Part shown: positions 10,081-22,689 of the stretch, in pieces
How the letters are laid out: each line of letters starts with the position of its first letter
How positions within the stretch are numbered: position 1 is the first letter of the stretch
NCBI RefSeq assembly: GCF_006345805.1
Contig: NC_043004.1
Span: 36,766,001 to 36,830,000, forward strand
Direction: 5' to 3'
DNA from: Octopus sinensis
Taxonomy: Eukaryota
Length of the DNA stretch: 64,000 bases
Translations under genes and position numbers: made by a program
Notes under the pieces: model-generated
The model's input: only the letters and a program-made list of their open reading frames with translations
Databases searched by the model: none
Told to the model about the DNA's origin: nothing

Positions 10081-10945
10081 TTCTGTTGGTCCGTTGCGTA
10101 GATTCAGTGAGATTGGTGGATAAGTTGAGGATTTTCACTCTCCTTTCTAGCATGCTGCTGCTTCGTGTGCCCTCTATTATAATTATGAATTTATTATATA
10201 GCTATTTAATGCTAATATTGCTTGCTGCCACTAATATTACCATTGCTATTATTATCAAGTATTTAGATTTACCGCTGATAATAATAATATCTATGCGAAT
10301 ATTCATTTGAATATTCAATCGTTGATATATATATATAACGGGAAGCTTTATGAAAATAGACAAAAGACGAAGGCAGGTGGAATACAAACAAACAATTGTA
10401 TTAGTATGGAACTCAGGAATATAAATAAAACAAGTCTTTTACGTTTCGAGCCTACGCTCTTCAACAGAAAGATACACAGAAAAGAAACACAGAAAGAAAC
10501 AAGGAGAGAAAAAAATGCGTGCAGAGGCTAGCGAATCAACATGGCGATCTGATTTCGGCCAGAAGTCAAAGATCAAACGTGAGACGCAAGAGCGAAATTA
10601 GGGGAGATAATACATATATAACAATCTCAGCACTGACATTGTTTTGAATAAGGCACAAGATGATTCAAAGCGTAACGCATTCCAGCGTGGTGAGATGGAG
10701 TTTTCATTTTAAGTATGGCAAGATCAGCTGAATAGAATTAAGGCACTAGCCAGATGTAGAAATCGTGATCAAGTTATATTTGTTACCTCATTCATTCTAC
10801 AGCTTTCTAGCTGAGATAGTATGTTAAATTTTGCTTGCTTCTGCAATTTCTGTTGGTCCGTTGCGTATTTTCAGTGAGAATGTTGGATAAGGTGAGGATT
10901 TTGACTCTACTTTCTAGCAACCTGGCGCTTCGTGTACCTTACATT
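10081..10945. repeat. Two diverged ~95-bp direct copies (10081-10180, 10847-10945)
   Basis: TTCTGTTGGTCCGTTGCGTA..TTCAGTGAGA...GGATAAG.TGAGGATTTT.ACTCT.CTTTCTAGCA...GCTTCGTGT in both copies. Confidence 0.8.
10435..10472 (-). ncRNA. Minimal (PLE-type) hammerhead variant with a CUGUUGA core
   Basis: TCTTT|CTGTTGA|A|GAGC-GTAG-GCTC|GAAAC-G-TA|AAAGA. Stem I TCTTT/AAAGA, stem II GAGC/GCTC, helix III reduced to palindromic ACGU. Confidence 0.6.
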
Positions 10946-11632
10946 TTTATTATATACGCGCAAGCGTGGCTGTGTGATATGAAGCTTGCTTCCCAAACAC
11001 ATGTGTTTGTGTGTGTTTGTACGTGTATGCATACAGAGTTGTAGTGGTGCGTGTGCATGTATGTATATGCACCGATGTGATATTTGATGCATCTCTAGAC
11101 TACTGTTTAAAATGTCTAAAGTATGAAATTTACATACACGTGTGCATAAATACATACGTGTATACATACATGAATTCATATATATACGCACCCATGCATA
11201 GATCGAAACATACATGCATTGATACACATTTTGTATTTCTGTTAGAAATTATTTTTATTTCAAGTCGATTCTTTATTAGTTTTGAACTTCTCCCATCAGC
11301 GATTCGATTTATTGAAAACCCAATTAATTCTAGCAAATTCGTTATGGTAGAAATCTAGCCGAAATTTTTTTTTTTCCTTTTTCAAATTTTATTTAAAGGA
11401 AAATAATATTTAAAAACATTCATACGTCATGTAAAACATTAATGGTAAACTGATATCCAAAAGAAATTAAACCTGCATTGTTACATTATTTATTTATCAT
11501 ACCGGCGAGAGCAGTTGATTTAGTCGACACCGTAGCAGGCAGGTACTTGATTTTAACCTCTGAACAATGAAAGATGAAGCTGGTCTCATGAACAATTGAA
11601 TTCAGAATATAAAGAACCAGAATTGCATACCT

Positions 11633-11863
11633 ATTTCTTTACTACCCACAAGGGGCTAAACACAGAGAGGACAAACAATGACAGACAAACGGATTAAGTC
11701 GATTAGATCGACCCCTGTGCTTAACTGGTACTTAATTTATCGACCCTGAAAAGATGAAAGGCATAGTCGACCTCGGCGGAATTTGAACTCAGAACGTAAC
11801 GGCAGACGAAATACCGCTAAGCATTTCGCCCGGCGTGCTAACAATTCTGCAAGCTCGCCGCCT
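11633..11863 (-). mobile_element. Full-length tRNA-derived SINE with 20-bp TSD
   Basis: 5' end AGGCGGCGAGCT.GCAGAA, B-box-like GAGTTCAAATTCC. TSD AAGAACCAGAATTG(C/A)ATACC at 11612-11631 and 11866-11885. Confidence 0.9.
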
Positions 11864-12660
11864 TTAAGAACCAGAATTGAATACCGCCAAGCATTTTATC
11901 CAATGCCCTACCTATTCTACAAAATTCTTAATAACCTCACCACACACACTTCAGCTGTGTACACTTCACCGAGGAGGATTTTTGAGAACCGAAATATATC
12001 AGGCATTGCCATCTCTTTTTCCCCGAAGTGGCTATCATATTTAATGACTAAGCTTAATATCATGATCTTCTTGCGCCATCATAATTATAATTAGCATTAT
12101 GTAATTATAATTTTTATGCTCAGTGCATATATTAACATCAGCTTTACTAGCAACCATAAACCCCGCTCCATTCAATTTCTACTCACTTCACTCGTGTCAC
12201 CGCTACGAACTGAAACCTATCGATGTCTAACTCAATTGGAACCCCTCTCTAAACACTATGATTTCAATCTCTGTTCTCAATGTTTTACATCCTCCACAAA
12301 TGCTCTTCAATAATTTTAAGAAGTTTGCGATTTTAATACCAAAACAATCAGAATGATTGCTATGTATTAACTGTACTTTCTATACAATAGTGCAAAACTA
12401 AATTTTAAAATATCGAAAATTGTAAACAAAATACTATTTGCACGCAAGATCTATTTTATGTAGATTGAGATGTATCAATACGTTGAGTTTAAAGAAAAAA
12501 TCTCAGTTACCAGCATTGATTTTTTATTGGTTCTTGTTTTTTTATGTATTACATTTATTTGAGATTACTTTTCTCTGATTCATTGTTCATTCATGACTGG
12601 AAGGTTTTGACAAAATGGACACGGAAGAATACATATACATACATACAAACATATATATAT

Positions 12661-12702
<42 letters not shown>

Positions 12703-13455
12703 ATATCTTATATATATCTGCATGTATGTATGTGTGCGCGCGAGTGTGTTGTGCGTAGTCCCCTTTTATATAAAAGTACTCCAATTAATCAAAGTGATAT
12801 CAAATCCCTCGAGGGTGATCCACACATTAAACGTTATCGATCTCGCTGCCATTCAAGTAGAGTCGTATTTTTGTGATTTATTAGTCATATGCATTTGCAG
12901 ACATTAATATATCGTGTCTGCGAGAAGAGAAAGTTCTTCCTTTTAAAAGTGTGCGTGTGTGTATGTATAGATTGGATGTTTATGATATTAGATTCATGCA
13001 TTTGTTGTATGCATTTCCATAATACAATTGCGTGCCGTGTTTATGCGTCGAACAACATTGAATATTTATTTTATAAAAATAAACAATTCTTTTCGATTGC
13101 GGCTGTAGTTTTATTAAGCAGTGATACTTGCACCACTCTGCTGCGTTTGTAGGAATGTATAATAGCATGGGGCGATTTTAACATTGCTACAAAGAAAAGC
13201 GTTAGTGCTCATGTTTCTTTATTTAAAGAATTTATCAGCGGATTTTCAATATATGTACCACAAGCTACACTTAACACATTTCGTTAAAGGAAATGGAAAT
13301 ACTAAATGTCTGCCTGAAATGCAAATACTAAGCATTTCTTTTTGGTCTTACGTTCAATCTCTTCTAGTTCTTCTTTGCCATCTGGTTATTGCCTCTAACT
13401 TATCGCCTTAATTGTAACAGAAATGTTGCTCTATCTTCAAAACATAAAAAAAGCA

Positions 13456-13498
<43 letters not shown>

Positions 13499-14494
13499 TA
13501 TATATATATATATATATATAGCTAGTACGTAAAATACACTCATAAATGAAGTTTTGTGTGCGACGACTACTGGAATATACGACTCCCCGGCCATTATTCT
13601 ATACATTTTCCCGATAATAATATCTAAAAATTCGCAATGAACATCATTACAACATATGCGCTTATTGAAATGAACCACTCACTGCACATTGTGGAATTCA
13701 TTTTTGGTTTCTTTTGATCTACAATAGAAGCCGATCTTAACCATTGTCAACTGTCCAACTGCTGAGTTACATCGCAAATATATTCCCACCAGATTTCCAG
13801 CGACAAATAAAACCTAGATCGTGATACCTCTATATGTTTGATTGTCTTGTTATCCAGATTTTCATAACCTTACGTTGATTTTTAAAAATGAATATAATAC
13901 ACCAGTAGACTCTACTAAATATTTAGAGTTGTTGTTGTATTCTTCAACAACGGAGATTGTGAATCAATTCTGTTTACCCAAATGGCGAAATTCCATATTT
14001 GATTTTTAATTTAAAATTCAACTCAACGGTTAAAATAATTTAATACTTAGAACCCAACTCGTTGATAATTTCGCCGCTATTTGATAAGTGCTTGCTTAAT
14101 TCAGAATCGACAATCAATATATCACGGAATATATCAACTATTTAATGCAAAAAAGGAAATAAAAATCAGAGATTAACATTAAATCTATCGATATTTAAAA
14201 TATACTCCAGACTTCATCTCATTTATTAGATTAATGTTTTTTGTACCACCCACCCCCCGCTACCGTCTCAGAGTTTGATAGAGAATTAGTTAGATAGTTT
14301 GGCATGAAATATTTGAAACAGAAATGAAGGTGAAATCATTTGTAAAAGGTATTTTCGTTCCTCGTAGCAAAGAGTACTTGAAAAATACACTTACAATATC
14401 GTTAATCCATTCATAAAGGGGGAGAGAGACAGACAGAGACAGATAGACTGACAGACAGAGAGACAGACAGACAAACGGATAGGTGGGTAGGTAG

Positions 14495-14683
14495 CAGTGG
14501 CGTATGGTGGTTGTTGTATTGAGTGTGCTACCACACCCAATGCCACCAAATTTCAAGCCGGAGTATACAAAAAGTTTCGCATTAAGATTTGTGATTAAAT
14601 TAATGAGTAAGGTTAATATTTATAATGAAATGGCTATTTTCAATAGGTGTGCACACCTAGCACACCCGAAATATACGCCCCTC
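14495..14683. mobile_element. Possible MITE with CAGTGGCGTA...TACGCCCCT termini
   Basis: Imperfect terminal inverted repeats; sits within a GTAG-repeat tract. Confidence 0.45.
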
Positions 14684-14685
14684 GT

Positions 14686-14816
14686 AAGTAGGTAGGTAGG
14701 TGGGTGGGTGGTTAGGTATGTATGTATGTATGTATGTAGGTAGGTAGGTAGGTAGGTAGGTAGGTAGGTAGGTAGGTAGGTAGGTAGGTAGGTAGGTAGG
14801 TAGGTGGGTAGGTAGG
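14686..14816. repeat. (TAGG)n/(TATG)n microsatellite
   Basis: Direct inspection. Confidence 0.95.
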
Positions 14817-14924
14817 TGCTTGTGTGTATATGAAATTCCGTGTGTTTGTATGAATATATGCGTGTATATATGACTATATTTATTATTACAAATATTGATA
14901 AGGCAACGAGTGACACAATTGTTA

Positions 14925-15105
14925 GTACACCGGACAAAATTCGTAGCGTCATTTCGTCTGTCTTTACGTTGTGAAGTTCAAATACCGCCGGGGTCGATTT
15001 TACCTTCCCTCCTTTCGGGGTTGATAAAATAAGTAGCAGTTGCTCACTGGGGACGATGCAATCTCCTACCCACGAAATAGCTGACCTTGTGTCAAAGTTT
15101 AAAAC
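14925..15105 (+). mobile_element. Decayed copy of the 11633-type SINE
   Basis: TTCGTCTGTCTTTACGTT..AAGTTCAAATACCGCCGGGGTCGATTTTACCTT..TCCTTTCGGGGTTGATAAA matches the family consensus. Confidence 0.75.
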
Positions 15106-15791
15106 ATTATTACAACTATTATTTTTTACATTTACCTTGTAATTACGAGACGTGATAATATTCTACTATTCTGCTAAACGTTTCCAGTCTTTTTTTTACC
15201 TGGCACCTGGATCACTTCTTTTTTGTATGTTCTCCCCATGACACCTTTTAAGTGTATAAATAACAAGACAATATAGCATGTTAAACTTTTCATCTTATGC
15301 CTTATCATTTTTCCTTCTTTTTCTACTGTTTTATCACTTTCTCTGTTTTCTTTTACGCCCAGAATTATTTTTGTTTTCCCGCTGACAGTTGAAATCTTTG
15401 AAGTGACTCGACGCAAGAACAGCCTCTTAGTTTATGATGGTTTATATATAACAGTGCACAGATTTAACAATGCCTTCTAGATCAGCGAACTGTCTAAATA
15501 TACAGACTTATTAATGAACTTTAAGCTATGAAATTATTTTGTCATAAAATGCAAAAAAAACTGTCATTTTACCAGTTCTTTTAGACTTCCAATCAGGGTT
15601 ACATCACGATGACAGTGGGTCTTCCATTATATAATCAATATAATATAACTGATATGACATAATTACTACTCTCTTCCACGTTTACCAACTTACTACTTGA
15701 TTCGTCACACACCCACGTTCTTGAAACAGCTGTAATCCGTGGAACAAATGTGATACTAGCAGCTTCATTCTTCACTTGTTATATAAATAAA

Positions 15792-16163
15792 CTAGCAGTA
15801 CTGCCCGGCGTTGCTCGGGTTTGTTTCGACCCTTTAGAATTGGAATTTTTGAAAAGTAAAAATTGTGCATTATGTAGCTTGTTATTGTCTTTAAGTGAAC
15901 ATTTTTCTGGTTGAAATACACCGAAAAATGGCGACACAGCAGTAAAAAAATCATAGAAATAAAAACACCTTTTTAATGTAAATATTTTTTTGTGTTAACA
16001 TGGTCCGATTTGATTTTTTTCTTCTACCGAAGGAAGAGCAAGCCTTCTTCTATCATACTGTCAATTTTGGTCAACTTGCGCCGCAGGGTCTCAGAGGAGA
16101 TAGTGTTAGTTGAAGGCTACCAAACCTGCCATACACAGACAACTTCAGCTTTATATATATAGA
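15792..16163 (-). mobile_element. Non-autonomous Helitron
   Basis: Minus strand begins A|TCTATATATATAAAG and ends CCCGAGCAACGCCGGG (hairpin) CAGTACTG-CTAG|T. Confidence 0.8.
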
Positions 16164-16575
16164 TATATATGTGCGTGTGTTTTACTAACGCTATCAACGC
16201 ACCTTCCATTTCATTATACTTTTAAGACGCAATGACTATAAACGATGCCTTACTTCTGCTAATTATACACTGCTCAATTAACCGATGTGCATTATGGGTT
16301 TTTTTTAATGAGTTTGATCAGGATTGAATTATGCGATTTTTATGACAGCTGTGTATTACTTAATAGAGAGCAAGATGCAAATAGGTTCAATTGAGACGAC
16401 GTTAGAAAGTGGATCTTTTTTGTGTGTGTATGTGTATGTGTTTTGATTTTTTTTTTGTTTTGTTTAATGCATAATAACGACAAATAACGCCGAAGAATAA
16501 AAGAAGAGTGATGACTTATTGTAGCGTCTTGGAAAGTAAATACCTTATATGTAATCGATTCAACGAATTCCTTCT

Positions 16576-16606
<31 letters not shown>

Positions 16607-16955
16607 GTTTATATACACACGCAGACATAACGCATATACTTATGTGTGTGTGAAGTGTGCGCATATACATACATACTCATCGAGAACGTGAAACTGTCAG
16701 CGGTAGAACAAAAAAAAAATATGGGCGTAAAAGAATGCAGAGAAAGTGATAAAACAGTAGAGAAAGAAGCAAAAATGATAAATGATAAGGGATAAGATGA
16801 AAAGTTTAGCATGCTATACTGTCTGGTTATTTATACACTTAAATGGAGTAACAGCTTTTAAATAAAGCATATTACTCTACCTCTGGTGTTTCAGTACTCG
16901 TTTTTCCACCTTGCTCCGGTATATATATATATATATATATACATATATATACAAA

Positions 16956-18229
16956 TACGCGCGGGGTTTTCATTAAAGATTTGCCCTGACCCACTTTACA
17001 AGGACTGGGGTAAACGAAACTTCGCATAATTATTAGTCCTTCTCAACATGGCCACCACTAATGCTGATACACTTCTACCATTGCATTATGCAACTGTGAA
17101 GACCTCGTTTGTAGAAGTCGGCATGTTGCGTCTGAAGCCAAGGCTTTACTTTGGATATAAGTTCATCATCATCCGAAAAGTACCCCACTTTCGAAAACGA
17201 CTCCATGATTGGAAAGAGGTGAAAGTCAGATGGTGCGAGGTCGGGAAAGTTAGGGTCATGAGAAAGGATTTCACAGCCGCGGCAATGTACTTTCATTTGG
17301 ACGACATGCATCTGGGCAACATTGTTAACTGGGATGTTGTCTTGGAGGAGGCGGACTTCTTTGATCAGCTTGCCACGTGCCTCTGATTTGCCACGTGCCC
17401 CGTAATTTCTGCAGTAGAAGAGAAGCATAATACACCCTGTTAATTGTGGTGCCATTTGCCAGAAAATTCATCATCACTACTCCGCACTGGTCCCAGAAGA
17501 CTGTGAGCATCATCTTACTTGCTGAGGGTTTGACGCGAACCTTCACTGGAGGTGGTGAGTTATTATGCTTCGACTGGGCTTTAGTTTCGGGATCATAGTG
17601 ATGGACCCATGTTTCATCTTGTGCGATAAATCTTCCAAAAAAGTCCTTTCTCGTTTTCTGGGCACACTGCCTAGGAGCAATCGACTTGTTCTTGTTTCTG
17701 AAAAGGTATAAGATGTGTGCATCCGGAGAATCGATCGTGCAGTCGTATTCCGCATGTACAACTGTCGTGAATGTTTTTTTTCCATGGACCCTACAATTAT
17801 CTTCATTTTTTGTGCTAGTTGCCGAATAGGCTTCCACTTTTCAGATGGTGTCGTCATCAATGGCGGAATGTGGTCGTCCAGGAATAGGAGCAATTTCCAC
17901 CGATGTTCGACCCGATTTGAAGTGGTGACACCAGTGCTTGACTAAGTCGTATCATGGTACATCGTCACCATAAGCTTCTTTCATCTCATCGAAAGTCTCT
18001 TTTGGTGTACACACTTTCAAGTATGGGAACCCGATCATTAATCTGTATTCAACTGCCCCCGCTTTAACACCTTAGTTCACTTCAGTAGTCGTAAAAGACA
18101 AACGAATACTAGTGGAAAGCTGCAAATTACAATGTGACATGTACAGACATGTATGATTATACCTGCACAAGTTCCGTTTCCTGCAATAAACGGAAGTGGG
18201 TCAGAGAAAATCTTTAATGAACACCTTAT
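16956..18229 (-). mobile_element. Mariner (Tc1/mariner) DNA transposon, near full length, with TIRs
   Basis: TIRs GGGGTTTTCATTAAAGATTTGCCCTGACCCACTT (16963-16996) and AAGTGGGTCAGAGAAAATCTTTAATGAACACC (from 18194). TA at both ends; ~1.27 kb. Confidence 0.9.
17075..18060 (-). pseudogene. Frameshifted mariner transposase
   Basis: N-terminal TPKETFDEMKEAYGDDV..VKHW..FKSGRTSVE..GRP; catalytic DETWVHHYDPETK; DPNFPDLAPSDFHLF (YSPDLAPSDF-like); DFYKRGL..W. Split over several frames with stops. Confidence 0.9.
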
Positions 18230-20277
18230 ATATGAATGCATAAATGTATACATTTATGCGTGCGTGTATGTATGTATGTATGTATGTATGTATGCATGGA
18301 TGGATAGCTAGAGAGAGAGATAGCTAGCAAGACAGACAGACAGACAGATATTTGACATCAGAGTTGTATAATAACAAAATGAAACGCAGTACAAGCAACA
18401 ATTCCTTTTCAATTATTTTCTAAATTACAGATTGGAGATCTTCATTGAAATTGATTTCGTAGTAGAAATCATTATTAGTTAAAGACATTAGAGAAGTTGA
18501 TTACGTTTGGCCACTTTTGCAGATTCCTATAGAATTGAAGGCTATTAAGTATTCAGCTTTCTAAAATATTAATTGCCGTGTGCATCATTAAATGATTATA
18601 TCTGAGCCTACGCTTATATACTCATTTCAGAATGTCTCGAGAAGCTCCACTTGACTCTCCGTTGGTAGAGTGCTTTGAGGTGGGAGTAGAACGCCCTCTA
18701 CAAGAAAATTTCCAGGTTGACCTTCTGTTTGATACTGATGTTACCCTAAGGAAAGGTATGTATCAATGTAGCTTGGCAGCAATAACTCGAAGGATTTTCT
18801 ACGTCGAACTTAACAATAAAGATGGTGTCCCTAGAGACAACAGGTGCAAATTTGCTGTCGATTAAACAGACACTAGGGTAATCTTTTTATGGATTGTGGA
18901 AAGATAAAGACGAAACCTTATAACGCATGGATTCAGAAGCGCAGCGTAAATTGTTACAATAGGTAACGTGAGACATTTTATCGACGTCCTAATGAATCTC
19001 ATATCGACCGCCCTTTGCAAATGTGTGTGTGTGCGTGCGTACTTGCATTTGGGACTAACAGCTGGTTATTGGTAACCATATGATTAAGTAGAAACCCAAT
19101 ATGTGCGATTTTTTTTTATTCTTAATCTTCACTGTGTCGTTAAGTGCTGCAAATCAGTTCATTCTTGGTCGGTTTCATGAATAAGATTTTTATACAATGT
19201 TCCTATGTCTTCACACAACGCCCCTCCTCCTCCTAGAAAAGGGTTGTGGAACCCTTCCACAACGCACTTTTCTTCTCAGAATTTTTTTAAATTACACATA
19301 CACACACCCTGGTGGTTTAATAATGCCGAATGCAAATGAATTGCCCGAAAAAGTTCTAGTTGTAATTCAGTTTCTAAAATCTACGAAATGTTCCAATATT
19401 ATTTTGAATTATTCTGAAAATATCTTCCGGTCAGAACTATGTTTTATTTTTATAAATATATGTTTTCGAGGTTGTTAGCACTATTTATAATCATGTCAAC
19501 ACAGCTATTTTATTTGTGTATTTATATCGAATTTAGTTATTTCAGAGAAATCTATTAATTAAATCTTGTAAAATAATTTTAAATCAATGAACTTCAAATC
19601 TCAAGCGTCTCGGTTCATACATCATCATCTTCTCAGCAATGTTTTCCTTGGTTTTCAGCAGCTCTATGACATTTAGTTAATCCATTTTCAATCGTGTTGT
19701 TGTGATTAATCCTCTTCCAGGTTCTTTGTAGTTAGGCTCCTTATGTAAGATTATAATTAAAGGATCCAATTCAATCAGGCATTGGTAACACAGAGAAGGC
19801 CAACTGTTATTTAGAATCAATAACAACAGCTAAAATGGTAGAATTTTAGAAACGATAATTATTGATCAATTTACCTTCAAAATTCCATTAAAATACTTTT
19901 AATAACTCTTCAGGCGGAAGTCATAAATTGGCACATCTCGTGTAGACGCAATTAAATTGTTTATACATTAAACAATGAAAAAAGCAACAGCAGCGAATGC
20001 ATTATTTTCCTCTTATCGCCATATTTCTCCCTGTTTCTTTTTCACTCACTTCGATTTCCTTTTGTTATAGAAATTATCTATTGAGGCGTGAACCCTACCA
20101 AGCAAGGAAATATCGATTTCCTCTTGGTTTCAGGATGAAAAATAATCGAATTACTAAAATAAAACAAGAGCGGAGTATTCGGCGTGGGGAAAGAGTAAGC
20201 AAGCATCAAACCTGTTAACATGTTGCATCTGTAAGAACAGTCAGAAGATTGGAAATTATATTTGCAGGCCGAACACA

Positions 20278-20283
20278 TTATTA

Positions 20284-20329
<46 letters not shown>

Positions 20330-20347
20330 CATTATTATTATTATTAC

Positions 20348-20403
<56 letters not shown>

Positions 20404-20420
20404 GCCATCATCATCATCAT
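20278..20420. repeat. (ATT)n followed by (CAT)n microsatellite
   Basis: Direct inspection; source of the poly-I, poly-L and poly-N ORFs. Confidence 0.95.
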
Positions 20421-21399
20421 CTTCATAATCTTTCCGTCTTCTTTCCCTTCCTCCTCATCTTCTATCCTGTCTTCAGCAATTTCATGCAAGATTCCTCAGC
20501 CACCACCAGATGCAATATTCGTGTGGTGCGGGATGTGTGTTATAGTAATGGCGTCAATTATGCGAAAATATATGTTAAGTGAGTTGTGTTTTATTTGGTG
20601 ATGGTTTTGTAGAGAATTGTGTGTGTGAGCTATGTTATATTATTGTGTGTAGAGCATATGGCACGTGAATCGTGCAGAAAATGTTGTGTTTTATGCTATT
20701 GATTTTAAAGTAAGTTGTGTAGGAAGTAGGCTGCCATTAGAAGAGTAGTTGTCGGATTCAATATACAGTTAAAAATTTCGAGTAGGGTTAAATATTTTCT
20801 TTATGCCTTTCTTTATCCTACCAGATGCTCCAGTTATTAGTGGCACTGTTTTACTTACTCAGCGTCTTTACATTTCAAAACCCTTGTACACTGATCATTT
20901 TCTGACTTCATTCCACACATATCGATATGTATGAAAATCAAGAAACTATTTCGTTAAAATAAATAAAGCCTCACTAGATTTGATCTCCACGTTCCTGTTA
21001 TGGACGTACAACGTATGAAGTAATTTAATTAATAAGCAATTACATCCGCTATTGGCGGAAAAAATTATTTCTGAGGACAAATTTATTAAAAATTAAGACT
21101 TATCAGTTTTAATATAAAGTCTATAAACTACGTTCACCTCTTTTTGTAAAAGCCAATATATTCATACTTGTGATAATAAAAGTGTACCAGCAAAATGAAA
21201 TGCTGTTTTCATGTCACATCAAGTCTTCGTGTGAATTTCAATGGATTACACACTTGAAAACAGAAACAAAGAGATGTGAAGTGACATGTTTTTCAAGGAG
21301 TTGGTAGCTTTATAGTGAAGTTAGGTTTATTGTACTTACTAAATAACATGCAAAATAATACTTATATCATGGCAGATAACGGTTACAATTAATATTGGT

Positions 21400-21600
21400 T
21401 TCAATTTTGGGCTCAAAACCAGCAATTTTGTGGCAGGGTGTAAGTCAGTTACATAAACGGCAGTGTTATCGACCTCGAAAGGATGAAAGATGAAAGGCAA
21501 GGTCGACCTCGGCGGAATATGAACTCAGATCGTGATGACAGCTCGACGGGCCACTAAGCATTTTGCCCGACGTGCCAACGATTTTGCCAGCTCACTGCCT
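21400..21600 (-). mobile_element. Decayed copy of the 11633-type SINE
   Basis: TTATCGACCTCGAAAGGATGAAAG..GTCGACCTCGGCGGAAT.TGAACTCAGA...CTAAGCATTTTGCCCGACGTGC. Confidence 0.75.
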
Positions 21601-21874
21601 GATCACGATATTGAAATATGTTATGTCACAATTACCAGACACCTAAAGTAGAAAATATACGATGGAAACGGTTGCCGAGAAAGATAATATTTATGAGGTA
21701 TCGCTAAGGAGAGCCCAATTTTTTACGTATATTAATTGATTTAGTTCATAGTTTGCAATCATATAAGTAGGAGTAATAATCATGCCCCTCTTGAGCGAAA
21801 GTGAAAGGGCTTGTGAGAGAGAGATGGGGGGAGAGAGGGAAGGCGCGAGACAGCGTCACTTCTACTAATGAAAT

Positions 21875-22085
21875 TATGGGCGGGGTACTGAAAAGTTTCT
21901 GGCTTAGGGTGAAAGAAAATTCCGGTGGATCAGTCAATTATGGTTTTATTCAACATATTCTCCTCTCGGATTCACTCACTTGTTGTAACGGTCATTCAGT
22001 TTTTCTAAGATCTCGGAAGGCTGGGCCTCCAGCTAGGGTTTTCGTGATACCCTTAAAGCCAAAATCTTTTTAGCACCCTTTTGTA
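21875..22085. mobile_element. Mariner-derived MITE
   Basis: Imperfect TIRs GGGGTACTGAAAAGTTTCTGGCTTAGGGT and ACCCTTAAAGCCAAAATCTTTTTAGCACCC; TA-flanked; ~210 bp. Confidence 0.7.
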
Positions 22086-22689
22086 CAAGCAACTATCATA
22101 ATGTATAAAATTACTCATCGAATCTCTTTGAAAAAATTATGAAGAATGAGTTCAAATGCAAAACTTCAAGTAAATTTCTGCATTTGTTGTCAGTTACAAA
22201 TACATTGCGATTTCGGTAGAAAGACTCGTTATGTTGTTCTTTGAAACATCATTATAAATAATATTTTCATTTAACACGTTTCATTACCGTTTTCTTTTCG
22301 AGAGGTATATAAAACAACCAATAAGGAAACTCATAATTTTAAAAAGAATCGCTGGAGTTAAAGAGTAAACAGAGACAGAAATCTTATTCGAAATGATCTC
22401 TAAGATGTCACGTCCAGCACTAACAAGGGATTCCATTTACAATTGTTAGAACTAAACGTGTTGGGTTGTCAATTGTACACGGATTACAAAGACACAAACA
22501 TTTGATAACAAAATAACGCCGTAAGAAACAAACTACAGGAATTATAGAATCTGTGTAGATTCATGTTTTAATTGACATTGTTTATATATAAATGGTTACA
22601 TACATGCATACGCACATGCACACCATATTTACACATGCACACACACGCAGTGAGAGGAAAGAGAGTAGATCGTGCCTCCATTTCTCCTC

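Noticed and set aside
13683-13718. 36-nt minus-strand phase 1-1 micro-exon candidate (QKKPKMNSTMC)
   Set aside because: Splice sites are plausible but the peptide is unrecognisable; such matches are expected by chance in 64 kb.
20078-20601. Poly-I, poly-L and poly-N ORFs and a Cys-containing CSACKYNFQSSDCSYRC stretch
   Set aside because: Driven by (ATT)n; the Cys spacing does not fit EGF and there are no convincing splice sites.
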